A stretch of 64,000 bases of DNA. It comes from Candidatus Omnitrophota bacterium (GTDB taxonomy: Bacteria > Omnitrophota > Gorgyraeia > Zapsychrales > Fredricksoniimonadaceae). The position numbers and the translations under genes were made by a program. Under the pieces are notes generated by a model. That model was given only the letters and a program-made list of their open reading frames with translations, made no database searches and had not been told where the DNA came from. Shown here one piece after another: positions 27,707 to 37,490 of the stretch (within the stretch, counting starts at the first letter, position 1; each line of letters begins with the position of its first letter). The stretch spans positions 15,221 to 79,220 of the forward strand of contig JADFXX010000007.1 of assembly GCA_015233335.1 (NCBI GenBank), given 5' to 3'.

Positions 27707-29370
27707 AACCACCCATACAAAAAAATAAGTTCAACTTCGGTCTTGCCCTTATCTGCGTAAATCTTCTTCTAGTCTATGTTTATGTCTTCTATATCCTGTT
27801 AAATTACGATTTAACCTGGATGAATTATGAAAAATTAAAAACTCATTTATGGATTCTGGAAAACGGAAAGCAATGGTATTGGGAAGATTTTGCCAAAGCG
27901 CTGAACACCAAGATCATTGAAATTGACCCCAACAGGCTGTCCCGCCCCCTTTCTAACCTTATCGAAGTCTTTGATGCTAAATTCCGGGCCAACCTCTGGG
28001 ATTTGATCCCTCCCCATCCGACACTGTCCCTGCAATGGCCTTTTTTATTTATTGGCCTTCCTATACTCCTTTATAAATTTTTTAGAAATTTAAACTGTCA
28101 ACCAATAATCGCTTTAGCCGGGATGAGTCTCTATCTGACTTCTTCAGGATTTTTGAGCCCCATCATCATGCTTTCTCATCCAGCTAAAAATATGGTAAAT
28201 TTTTTCTCTATTTTATCCCTTTTTTTGATCTCGCAATTTTACCGGGTTATTAAAACTTCGGATGTTTCCATTAAAAACGTTCCTTATTTTTGGTGGACCC
28301 TAATCAGTTGTTTTTTAGGGACCATGATTACGTTCTTATCTGATGAAACGGGATTGTTTTTATTTCTTATACTCGCGATTGTTTCATACCCGTTATTTTT
28401 AAAATTAAAAGAAAAAATCCTGCCTTTATGCTGTTTTTTTATTTTACCGGTCCTCTATCTTGTTATTATTCGTTTTCTTTTACCGTGGCTTCATTTGATC
28501 GTTAACCATAAAATTGTTCATATTAACGATTACAGGGATTACCCCCATCTATCGAGCTTATTCTTCCCCAATTGGCATGATGTCTTGACGAATGCCTATT
28601 TATTATTCTCTGCTCATCCTAATCTTAAATGGAATTTTTCTCCGCTTTCAGGTCACCCCTTTCTGATATTTTTACAATGTCTTTACTCTCTGGCTTTTTT
28701 ATTATTAGTCGGATCATTTGTTTATTGTGCTTATAGAAGAATGGCTTTTACTCCTAGAATCAAACAAATCTTGTCTGGGCTCTCGATTCTTATCATTTTC
28801 ATATTTTTTCATACTTTTCAGTTATCCCATAACGTGCGGGTATGGACCGTATTTTATTATGGCTGTCTTTTTTCTTTGATTTATTACGGAACTTTGACTT
28901 TAGTACTGCAGTTTCTTTGGGAGGAGTTTAAGGGCAATATGATGAAAGGGCTTTTACCGTTTATAATAATTATTTTTACGGCACACGCTCTTATGACAAC
29001 CACCTACATCATCAGAATTTTTAAAAATCAGGGCTTGGATCCAAAAGATTATTCACACCCATTAATTTTTTCAGGACAAATCAACCCTTATCAATACTTC
29101 AATCTTTCCCAGAGCATTCAAAAAAGTAGATGCCGGTATATTTATACGTTATGGCTTTGGTCACAAATAAAACACAAGAAACTCGACCCAAAATCTTTTG
29201 CCAGTGAAATCCAATTCTGCTCTTCTGTTTCAAATCAGGATCCTTTTTTCCAAATAGATCTGCTCTATTTTACAATTGAAGGATCTTTTGAATTCCCTTC
29301 GGGACGGTCTTTTTTAAATGACCCCGGCTATGTTGCTGCCATGGTTCATCAGGTAGGTGAACCGCCATAA
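27703..29370 (+). CDS. Polytopic membrane protein of unknown function
   Basis: A TTG start overlaps the upstream TGA (TTGA). An N-terminal TM helix and about 10 further hydrophobic segments. I recognised no motif. Confidence 0.45.
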   Translation: MKPPIQKNKFNFGLALICVNLLLVYVYVFYILLNYDLTWMNYEKLKTHLWILENGKQWYWEDFAKALNTKIIEIDPNRLSRPLSNLIEVFDAKFRANLWDLIPPHPTLSLQWPFLFIGLPILLYKFFRNLNCQPIIALAGMSLYLTSSGFLSPIIMLSHPAKNMVNFFSILSLFLISQFYRVIKTSDVSIKNVPYFWWTLISCFLGTMITFLSDETGLFLFLILAIVSYPLFLKLKEKILPLCCFFILPVLYLVIIRFLLPWLHLIVNHKIVHINDYRDYPHLSSLFFPNWHDVLTNAYLLFSAHPNLKWNFSPLSGHPFLIFLQCLYSLAFLLLVGSFVYCAYRRMAFTPRIKQILSGLSILIIFIFFHTFQLSHNVRVWTVFYYGCLFSLIYYGTLTLVLQFLWEEFKGNMMKGLLPFIIIIFTAHALMTTTYIIRIFKNQGLDPKDYSHPLIFSGQINPYQYFNLSQSIQKSRCRYIYTLWLWSQIKHKKLDPKSFASEIQFCSSVSNQDPFFQIDLLYFTIEGSFEFPSGRSFLNDPGYVAAMVHQVGEPP

Positions 29371-29381
29371 ACTAGAAAACA

Positions 29382-30497
29382 TTACGCATTCAGTATTCGA
29401 GCCACATGCTCGACTTGACTCTCCGCCAGACCAATCCAAAATGGCAAGCTTATCGTCTCGAACCCAAACTGTTCAGCCTTAGGAAAAGTATTTAATTTGT
29501 ACCCGAATTCATCTTTATAAAAAGTAAGCAGGTGTACAGCGCGATAATTGACCGCACAACCGATATCATTTGAATTAAGTCTCCCCAATAAAGCATCCCT
29601 TTGATCTGCAGGAACTTTTATCGTAAATAGATGATACGCGCTTTTGACACCATCGACAATTTTGGGAGCATTTAGATAAGAAATCTTGTTAATATGATGA
29701 CGATACAACTTGTACAATAAATCTCTTTTCTGCCAACGCTCTTCGATACGATCTATTTGCGGTATCAGTAAAGCCGCCTGGATATTACTCATATTGTACT
29801 TCCATCCCAACTCAGTCATATCCCAATGCTGGTATGCGCCTGTATAGCGGTCAGCTGCGGATTTGGACATGCCGTGCTGGCGTAGGGTCATTAATCTTTG
29901 CGCCAAACTGTCATCATTGCAGGCCACCGCTCCACCTTCCCCGCAAGTCAAATTCTTTGTCGCATAAAAACTATAACATGCGGCATCACTCAGCTGTCCG
30001 GGCCTCACCCCATCGCGAACACCTTCAACGCAATGGGCGCAATCCTCGATGAGCTTCAGATTATACTTATGAGCTATTTTGGAAATAGCTTTCATATCAC
30101 ACATTTGGCCGTATAAATGAACGGGAATAATGGCTTTGGTTCGGGAAGTAATGGCAGCTTCGATCAAAAGCGGATCGATCAAACCAGTTTGGGGCTCAAC
30201 ATCCACAAATACCGGTTTGGCCCCAACGTAAAGAATGGCATTGGCTGTGGCTATAAAAGTCATAGGGGTTGTGATTACTTCATCCCCTGGGCCGATATCT
30301 AAGGCCAATAAAGATAAGTGCAGCGCTGCCGTGCAGGAAGTAAGTCCAACGACATTTTTGAGGCCTAAATATTGAGCAAATCGGTTTTCAAAATCTTTGA
30401 CATACTGACCTGTCGTTAAAAATATCCCTGACAAACACTCAAGGACTTTTTGCTGTTCCTCAACACCTAGATTATGTTTATAAAATTCAACTTTCAT
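29382..30497 (-). CDS. DegT/DnrJ/EryC1/StrS-family PLP-dependent sugar aminotransferase
   Basis: TSCTAALHL and DAACYSFYATKNLTCGEGG (PLP lysine); 371 aa. Confidence 0.85.
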   Translation of the reverse strand: MKVEFYKHNLGVEEQQKVLECLSGIFLTTGQYVKDFENRFAQYLGLKNVVGLTSCTAALHLSLLALDIGPGDEVITTPMTFIATANAILYVGAKPVFVDVEPQTGLIDPLLIEAAITSRTKAIIPVHLYGQMCDMKAISKIAHKYNLKLIEDCAHCVEGVRDGVRPGQLSDAACYSFYATKNLTCGEGGAVACNDDSLAQRLMTLRQHGMSKSAADRYTGAYQHWDMTELGWKYNMSNIQAALLIPQIDRIEERWQKRDLLYKLYRHHINKISYLNAPKIVDGVKSAYHLFTIKVPADQRDALLGRLNSNDIGCAVNYRAVHLLTFYKDEFGYKLNTFPKAEQFGFETISLPFWIGLAESQVEHVARILNA

Positions 30498-30511
30498 TAT
30501 ATTCAGTTGGT

Positions 30512-31531
30512 CTAAAGCAACGTATTATCCAAAATAACATCCTTAAGAATAACTTCTGAATCAAGTAAATACTTATACCATTTGACTGTAAAGGTGTCCG
30601 GATAATCCCAAATAGAACCTTTTTTAAGGGCTTCATAAATTTCCTTCACGCCATCTTCGATCTCATAGCGCATCTTGAGTCCCAAAACTGAATGGATCCG
30701 GTCAAAATTGACCTTATAACTTCTTTTATCCGGATCATCAGGGATAATTCTAACCTGAATTTCAAATGGCAGGATCTCCCTGATTAAATAGGCAAGATTG
30801 ATTATTTTCATATTGTTGCGATTCTCACCGACATTAAAGATCTGGCCGTTGACCTTATTCTGATCACTCTTCATAACATGCTCAATGGTTCCTGCAACAT
30901 CTCTAAGATGCACAAACGGCCTCCACTGCATCCCCTGACCTAAGACGTCAATAACCCCTTCCTTAAAAGCTTTCAGGGTCATTAAATTGACAGCTAGATC
31001 AAAACGCATACGGGCGGAAACTCCAAAAACAGTGGCAAAACGTAAGACTGTAACGCAAAAATCATCCTGCTTAAGGCTCAAGACCTCTTCGGACTTCAAA
31101 TTAGCCTTGGCATAGGTACTGATAGGGTTTGGTTTGGAAGTCTCATCACAATCAGATTCATTGAGTCCATAAACAGAACAGGATGACGCCAAGATATAAC
31201 GTTTGACACCCATTTCCTTGGCTAATCGGCAGACCCTAAGGCGCCCTTCGTAATTAATGGCATATGTCTTGTCCGCAACTAACTGCCCCAAAGGATCGTT
31301 GGACAATGCAGCCAGATCAATCACCACATCAAAACCTTGGAGCAAAGACTTATCAAACGTACGCACATCCGCCTGAATAGTTTTATAAAGAGGATTTTTC
31401 AGGAACGACTCTATTTTGTCTTTTCCTAAGAAAAATCTGTCTAAACAACTAACATGATTTCCTGCATTTAAAAGGCATTCCGTCAAGACTACACCTATGT
31501 ATCCGCCTCCCCCTGTTATTAAAACCTTCAT
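30512..31531 (-). CDS. NAD-dependent sugar epimerase/dehydratase (extended SDR)
   Basis: ITGGGGYIGVVL and YAKANLK. Confidence 0.8.
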   Translation of the reverse strand: MKVLITGGGGYIGVVLTECLLNAGNHVSCLDRFFLGKDKIESFLKNPLYKTIQADVRTFDKSLLQGFDVVIDLAALSNDPLGQLVADKTYAINYEGRLRVCRLAKEMGVKRYILASSCSVYGLNESDCDETSKPNPISTYAKANLKSEEVLSLKQDDFCVTVLRFATVFGVSARMRFDLAVNLMTLKAFKEGVIDVLGQGMQWRPFVHLRDVAGTIEHVMKSDQNKVNGQIFNVGENRNNMKIINLAYLIREILPFEIQVRIIPDDPDKRSYKVNFDRIHSVLGLKMRYEIEDGVKEIYEALKKGSIWDYPDTFTVKWYKYLLDSEVILKDVILDNTLL

Positions 31532-31559
31532 TCTTCCCCCTTAACTGTTAGATGTTCGA

Positions 31560-32501
31560 TCATTCTAAATACTTCTCAACCACATATAAAGGCCGGCCTT
31601 TAACTTCCAGGAATATCCTCCCAATATACTCACCTAAAAGCCCAAGGAAAAGCATCTGAATCCCCCCAATAAAAATAATGACAACCAGCAGGGAAGTCCA
31701 CCCTAAAATCCCCATACCAAAAAAGATCTTTGCAATGATAAGATAAATGATCGATATAAAACCAAAAAAAGAGAGAATAAACCCGACCCAACTGGCCAAC
31801 TGAAGCGGTCTTATGGAAAAAGCCGTCAAAGAGTTCATGGCCAGACGCAGCATCTTTGTTAAACTATACTTAGTCTTACCGGAAAATCTTGCTCCATGTT
31901 CGACCTCAACTCCGATTTCTTTAAACCCGGCATAACTGATAAGTCCGGTAATGTTGCGGTCCCTCTCCTTGTATTGGTTAAATACCTCAATCACCCGACG
32001 GCTCATGATCCTGAATATATTAGAGTTAATCTTAACATCTGCATCGATAATAGAGTTCATAAGCCAATTAAAAATACGGGATGTCTCTTTTTTAAACACG
32101 TTATATTTCTTTACTTTCCGGATCCCATAAACCACATCATAACCCCGAGAAAACATCCCATACAGCTTAGGGATTTCTTCAGGAAGGTCCTGGAGGTCTG
32201 AGTCCATCATAACAACCGCATCGCCTCGGGAAGAATTGATCCCGGCAGAAAGTGCTATATGATGCCCAAAATTCCTGGAAAATTTGATACCTCTGACCAA
32301 GGGATCCTTCTGATTAAGCTCTTCTATGATCTTCCAGGAGCCATCCCTGCTAAAATCATCCACAAAAATGATCTCATAAACAGTCAGATTAAGATTATCA
32401 CGCAGAACTTTACTTAGCCTCTGATAAAGTTCACGCAAATTACCTTCCTCATTAAAAACCGGCAAAACAACAGACAGCTGACATCCAAGAGATGTTGACA
32501 T
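31560..32501 (-). CDS. GT2 polyprenyl-phosphate glycosyltransferase (GtrB/ArnC/DPM1 type), copy 3
   Basis: VVLPVFNEE, DSDLQDLPE, two C-terminal TM helices, and the tail LGEYIGRIFLEVKGRPLYVV. Confidence 0.85.
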   Translation of the reverse strand: MSTSLGCQLSVVLPVFNEEGNLRELYQRLSKVLRDNLNLTVYEIIFVDDFSRDGSWKIIEELNQKDPLVRGIKFSRNFGHHIALSAGINSSRGDAVVMMDSDLQDLPEEIPKLYGMFSRGYDVVYGIRKVKKYNVFKKETSRIFNWLMNSIIDADVKINSNIFRIMSRRVIEVFNQYKERDRNITGLISYAGFKEIGVEVEHGARFSGKTKYSLTKMLRLAMNSLTAFSIRPLQLASWVGFILSFFGFISIIYLIIAKIFFGMGILGWTSLLVVIIFIGGIQMLFLGLLGEYIGRIFLEVKGRPLYVVEKYLE

Positions 32502-32528
32502 AACTTCCTTTATACTTGATAAAAATTT

Positions 32529-33254
32529 CTAGAAATTCCTAAACCCTTTGGGATAAACATGGTAAACGTGCTGTTCGTCATGCACCTTCAAATTTAAAGA
32601 GTGATAAAAATTCAAAGCTCTTGTATTATGCAGCATCGCGTTCACTAAAAGCGGACTACGAGGATCTTTAGAGGCCGCGTAATTAAAAAATTTATGCATC
32701 AATTTCTTGCCATACCCCTTCCCTTGATACCGATCGGACACCTTGAGCAAAACTGGTTCAAAAAAACCATTGTTTTTCTTAACTGATACAAAACCAATGA
32801 CAGCCCCTTTTAAATTACGACACACAAGAATGGTATCAGCAGCTTGGCCTGACATTGAATTTTTGATCCATTCTGTGTATATGTTCTTTCCTAAACGATG
32901 CGTGTGCGGGTCCGGATGAAATCGTGACTGTTTAAATAAGTCTTGTGCAAGATCAATAAGTCCAGTCTTATCCGAAGCTTTAAAAAAATCCTTTGAGGTC
33001 AGAGCGATCCTAGGAAAAATAACTGAGTGTAATTTTGATTGAAAAGCGATTCTTACCCCGGCAAACACCCAATCAAAGCTGGTAAAAGAAGCCAAGACTT
33101 CAGGATCCATCTGACTAAAAACATAAATCAAGTCGTATGTCTTAAGACCACGTCTTAAAAACGCCTGATCAAAATGCCCGTTATCAATAATGATTTTTCC
33201 GACTTTTGCTTTTGCCAACCTTGAATCTAAAACAAGATCGCAAATTTTATTCAT
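32529..33254 (-). CDS. GNAT-family N-acetyltransferase (WecD-like architecture)
   Basis: The C-terminal GNAT core is GFVSVKK...VSDRYQGKGYGKKLMHKF. The 241-aa product has an N-terminal extra domain. Confidence 0.65.
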   Translation of the reverse strand: MNKICDLVLDSRLAKAKVGKIIIDNGHFDQAFLRRGLKTYDLIYVFSQMDPEVLASFTSFDWVFAGVRIAFQSKLHSVIFPRIALTSKDFFKASDKTGLIDLAQDLFKQSRFHPDPHTHRLGKNIYTEWIKNSMSGQAADTILVCRNLKGAVIGFVSVKKNNGFFEPVLLKVSDRYQGKGYGKKLMHKFFNYAASKDPRSPLLVNAMLHNTRALNFYHSLNLKVHDEQHVYHVYPKGFRNF

Positions 33255-33373
33255 ATTTTATTCCTGCCATACATCGACGTTCTTGAAATAGACTTAAGGC
33301 TTATTAGCATATCCCCTATTCTATTTTCTTTATTTTACCAGTCAATCATTTTATTAATTGATAAGATTCTAAG

Positions 33374-33401
33374 TTGCTTTTTTTTCAATAACTTATACTA
33401 T
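33374..33401 (+). promoter_or_regulatory. Sigma70-like promoter placed 7 nt from the ATG (possible leaderless transcript)
   Basis: TTGCTT (33374-33379), a 16-nt spacer containing a T8 run, TACTAT (33396-33401). ATG at 33409 with no Shine-Dalgarno. Confidence 0.4.
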
Positions 33402-33408
33402 ATATTTT

Positions 33409-34992
33409 ATGATCAAATTCTTACGTCCGGTCTTAATCATCTCCCAGATTGTTTTTGCTCTTTTCTTAACCTATTTTTCCTATCGCCTTCTCCTTTATCA
33501 CTTCCATTTAATCATGTTCCCTTACTCTAACATGCTAAGAGAGGGAGCTATGATGACAAACACGGACGCTTTATTAAAAGGTCTCAATCCCTATGCCATG
33601 GCCCAACAGCCTCAATGCACCAATGTATATGGCATTATCTTTCCCTTATTGACTTGGCCTTTGGTTAAACTCTTAGGCCACACCTTGATCATCCATAGAC
33701 TGGTTACCGGATTTTCTATATTAGCTTCCTGTGCTTTAGTTTCATTTGTACTCAAAAAAATGAAAATCCCTTTTTTATTAAATATCTGGGCATCCCTTAT
33801 GCTCTACTCTTCCTTGTTGTATCCGGGCACAAGCACTCCCTGCATTGATCCCGCGGCCACAGGTTTATTTTTCCTCCTGGCAACTATTTTTGTGCCTTGG
33901 TTTTGCAAATATTCCTATAAGTCACTTTTTATAAGCGCTCTTTGTGGAATATTTGCGCTTTATAGCAAGCAATATACAGTACTTGGCGTTATTGTAATGG
34001 CAACCTATTTATTTCTTTTTGTTTCCAAAATTAAAGGCTTCTTTTATGGTTTTCTATGGCTACTGCTTTTATTTATAAGCGCCCTAGCTGCTAATCTTAC
34101 CCTTCCGGCATATTTTAACAATTGTTTCTTTTCAATACTCACCATGAATCCTGCTTGGTCCAGCATGGAAAGATTACACGTACAGATCGTCATGTACAGG
34201 GCTTTACACAAATGGACCTTAATCCTGATGGGAATATTTACATTAGCCTATGGCTTTAAAATGATATCAGAATATTTCGGGGCTGATATCAAAAGCAGGA
34301 TCAAAAAGATCATTTTTTGTTTAAACATTATTAATATCAAAGAACCCTTGATAAGATTGTCCGTTCCTCTAGGGCTATACGCCGGTTTGTGGTCTGCGTC
34401 CGTTTTATACCTGTCCTTAGGACGACATGGCGGGGCCATGTTATGGTATTTTTTCCAATTGCTCTCCCCCTTTTTATTGATCGGTGCGGTATGGTTATTC
34501 AGCCGTTATGCTTTTTGGCCTATTATTTGTGTCCCTTTTTTAATTCTTAATTTATACACGATAACTGCTGATCAAGACGGTAAATATTTTAATAAAAATA
34601 CACAGGGCTGGCCTGAGATCTCCTTGCTTGTCAGCCAACACCGGCATATCCTTAATTCACCCATTATCGCACCCATGCTTATTGAACAAAATAAAGAGGT
34701 CTTTGATAATGGTGAGACAGAATATTTCTTAGAAGGAAGCCAGCTCAGCCCCCTGATTAAGATCTTTTTTAAAGAAGACCCACGCGTGTTTCTTCAATTA
34801 CTGTTATTTTTTGAAAACATTAAGGACATGATTCAAAATAAAAAATTTGACCTAATCTTACTACAGCCGAGTCTTTTACCGATGGGGGTTGGCGAACAAA
34901 TTAAGAAATATTACAAATTTGAAGGGGAATTTATGGTTTACGCGCCTCAAGACCGCAGACCGTATGCCATAACTGTCTGGATACCGCTTTAA
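33409..34992 (+). CDS. Polytopic membrane protein, GT-C-like candidate (paralogue of 26099..27706)
   Basis: FPYSNMLREGAMM...YGIIFPL...TPCIDPAATGLFF. By hand count, 29 of the first 60 aligned positions are identical to 26099..27706. Confidence 0.5.
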   Translation: MIKFLRPVLIISQIVFALFLTYFSYRLLLYHFHLIMFPYSNMLREGAMMTNTDALLKGLNPYAMAQQPQCTNVYGIIFPLLTWPLVKLLGHTLIIHRLVTGFSILASCALVSFVLKKMKIPFLLNIWASLMLYSSLLYPGTSTPCIDPAATGLFFLLATIFVPWFCKYSYKSLFISALCGIFALYSKQYTVLGVIVMATYLFLFVSKIKGFFYGFLWLLLLFISALAANLTLPAYFNNCFFSILTMNPAWSSMERLHVQIVMYRALHKWTLILMGIFTLAYGFKMISEYFGADIKSRIKKIIFCLNIINIKEPLIRLSVPLGLYAGLWSASVLYLSLGRHGGAMLWYFFQLLSPFLLIGAVWLFSRYAFWPIICVPFLILNLYTITADQDGKYFNKNTQGWPEISLLVSQHRHILNSPIIAPMLIEQNKEVFDNGETEYFLEGSQLSPLIKIFFKEDPRVFLQLLLFFENIKDMIQNKKFDLILLQPSLLPMGVGEQIKKYYKFEGEFMVYAPQDRRPYAITVWIPL

Positions 34993-36089
34993 TATTTTTT
35001 ATAAGGAATATCGAAGGTCTCTGCAACTTCCTTGATCGTCAAATGCCCTTCCGTCATATTTAAAGCAGTGCGGATTTCATGTGAATCACGGACACATTTC
35101 TTATATCCGTCACTCGCAACTTTCAAAATATAAGGGAAAGTAGCATTCGTCAACGCATAGGTGCTAGTCCGCGCTACAGCCCCCGGCATATTAGTCACAC
35201 AGTAATGGACAACCCCATCAATAACATAAACAGGATTATCATGAGTGGTAGGCCGTGAGGTTTCAATGGTCCCCCCTTGGTCGATAGCGACATCCACGAT
35301 CACAGCCCCTTTTTTCATAGAAGAGAGCATTTTACGATCAATCAAACAAGGAGCTTTTGAGCCGCGGATTAAAACACAGGATATAACTAAATCCGCCTTA
35401 AAAACAGATTCACGGATATTATGAGCATTGCTCATCAGAGTATGAACATTAGGCGGCATGATTTCTTCCAGATGACGCAAACGGTTTAAATTAACATCTA
35501 AAACTGTGACATGAGCCCCTAATCCAGCCGCAACCCGACAAGCATTGGAACCGACCGTTCCGGCCCCGATAATGACGACTTCGGCCGGCAAAACACCCGG
35601 CACACCCGCTAATAAAATACCTCTTCCCTTCATCGGCTCTTCAAGATATTTGGCTCCCTCTTGAACGGCCATACGGCCGGCTACCTCAGACATAGGAGTC
35701 AGACAAGGCAATTCACCCTGCTCTGTCGAAAGAGTTTCATAAGCCAGCGCCGTAATCCTGCTTTCCAGTAAAGCCTCCGTCAGAGCACGGTTGGCTGCTA
35801 AATGAAAATAAGCAAATACGATCTGGTCTTTTTTAAGAAGCCTATACTCCAAGGGTTGAGGTTCTTTGATCTTGACGATCATCTCTGCCTGAGAATAGAC
35901 CTGTTGGGCTGTATCAACAATTTCTCCCCCCACTGACTCGTAATCAAGGTCACTGATACCGCTGGCTAGACCTGCGTCATGCTGAATGACAACCTGGTGT
36001 CCGGCGCGCACTAAAGATTCAACGCCGGCCGCCAACAGGCTGACTCGACATTCATTATTTTTGATTTCTTTTGGGACCCCAATGATCAT
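34989..36089 (-). CDS. ald: Alanine dehydrogenase
   Basis: MIIGVPKEIKNNECRVSL, IIGAGTVGSNA, 366 aa. Confidence 0.85.
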   Translation of the reverse strand: MIIGVPKEIKNNECRVSLLAAGVESLVRAGHQVVIQHDAGLASGISDLDYESVGGEIVDTAQQVYSQAEMIVKIKEPQPLEYRLLKKDQIVFAYFHLAANRALTEALLESRITALAYETLSTEQGELPCLTPMSEVAGRMAVQEGAKYLEEPMKGRGILLAGVPGVLPAEVVIIGAGTVGSNACRVAAGLGAHVTVLDVNLNRLRHLEEIMPPNVHTLMSNAHNIRESVFKADLVISCVLIRGSKAPCLIDRKMLSSMKKGAVIVDVAIDQGGTIETSRPTTHDNPVYVIDGVVHYCVTNMPGAVARTSTYALTNATFPYILKVASDGYKKCVRDSHEIRTALNMTEGHLTIKEVAETFDIPYKKY

Positions 36090-36091
36090 AT

Positions 36092-37480
36092 TTAATGTGG
36101 ACCTATCATATCCTGCGGACGAACTAGAGTATCAAACTCCTCAGGGCTCAGGAGTCCTAATAGAACAGCTGCCTGTTTTAAAGTTATATTCTCAGCAAAT
36201 GCTTTCTTCGCAACCTTCGCGGCATTGTCATAGCCAATGCGCGGATTTAGAGCAGTCACCAGCATCAACGATTGTTCCAGATGCTTTTGGATATTAAGAC
36301 GGTTGGCTTCAATACCTATAACGCAATGGTCGGTAAAACTTTCAGCGGCATCAGACAAAAGTCGAATAGAGTTAAGGACATTAAAAATAATAACCGGTTT
36401 ATAGACATTTAATTCAAAATTACCGCTTGCACCTCCGATAGTCACAGCCGTATGATTGCCAAATACCTGCGTGCAAACCATGGTCATGGCCTCACACTGG
36501 GTAGGATTGACTTTACCCGGCATGATTGACGAACCCGGTTCATTTTCCGGTAAATACAGTTCTCCGATCCCAGAACGCGGGCCGGAGCCTAACCAACGGA
36601 TATCATTAGCAATTTTCATCAACGAAGCTGCCAGTGTATTTAAAACACCGCTAAGTTCCACCATCGTATCATGACTAGCTAAAGCTTCAAATTTATTTCG
36701 GGCGGTCACAAAAGGTTTGTCTGTGATTTGAGCTATTTTCAAAGCGGCTTTAACAGCAAATTGCGGATGAGTATTAAGCCCTGTCCCCACTGCTGTTCCG
36801 CCTAAAGCTAATTCGTAGATCCTAGGCAAAACAGCTTCAATTCGTTTTAAGTTATTATTAAGCTGTTCGACATATCCGGATATCTCCTGCCCCAGTGTCA
36901 AAGGGGTCGCATCCATCAAATGAGTACGCCCGATCTTGATGATCGAGCTAAACTCTTCGCTCTTTTTTTGCAGGGCATCTCTCAATTTCATAATCATTGG
37001 AATCAAACGACGGTGGATCTCTTCAACAGCAGCAATATGCATAGCTGTCGGAAAGGTATCATTAGAAGATTGGGCCTTGTTGACATCATCGTTAGGATGA
37101 ACGGGTTTCTTACTTCCCATGACACCACCGGCAAGTTCTATGGCACGGTTAGATATCACTTCATTGGCGTTCATGTTAGTCTGTGTCCCTGAACCAGTCT
37201 GCCAGACGACCAACGGAAAATGATGATCAAGCTTGCCTTCGATAACTTCATTAGCCGCACGTACAATTAATTCCGCACGATCACTGGGCAAGGTTCCAAG
37301 TTCTTGATTAGCCATAGCCGCAGCTTTCTTAAGAATCCCCAGAGCCCGGATCAATTCTCTGGGAAACCTATCTCCGCCGATTTTAAAATTTTCCAATGAA
37401 CGCTGGGTCTGAGCGCCCCAATATTTATCTACTGGGACTTTGACTTCTCCCATACTGTCTGTTTCAATACGGTAATCCAT
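36092..37480 (-). CDS. fumC: Class II fumarate hydratase
   Basis: [17 protein letters not shown] signature and the N-terminus [22 protein letters not shown]. Confidence 0.95.
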   Translation of the reverse strand: MDYRIETDSMGEVKVPVDKYWGAQTQRSLENFKIGGDRFPRELIRALGILKKAAAMANQELGTLPSDRAELIVRAANEVIEGKLDHHFPLVVWQTGSGTQTNMNANEVISNRAIELAGGVMGSKKPVHPNDDVNKAQSSNDTFPTAMHIAAVEEIHRRLIPMIMKLRDALQKKSEEFSSIIKIGRTHLMDATPLTLGQEISGYVEQLNNNLKRIEAVLPRIYELALGGTAVGTGLNTHPQFAVKAALKIAQITDKPFVTARNKFEALASHDTMVELSGVLNTLAASLMKIANDIRWLGSGPRSGIGELYLPENEPGSSIMPGKVNPTQCEAMTMVCTQVFGNHTAVTIGGASGNFELNVYKPVIIFNVLNSIRLLSDAAESFTDHCVIGIEANRLNIQKHLEQSLMLVTALNPRIGYDNAAKVAKKAFAENITLKQAAVLLGLLSPEEFDTLVRPQDMIGPH

Positions 37481-37490
37481 GTTTGACCTT

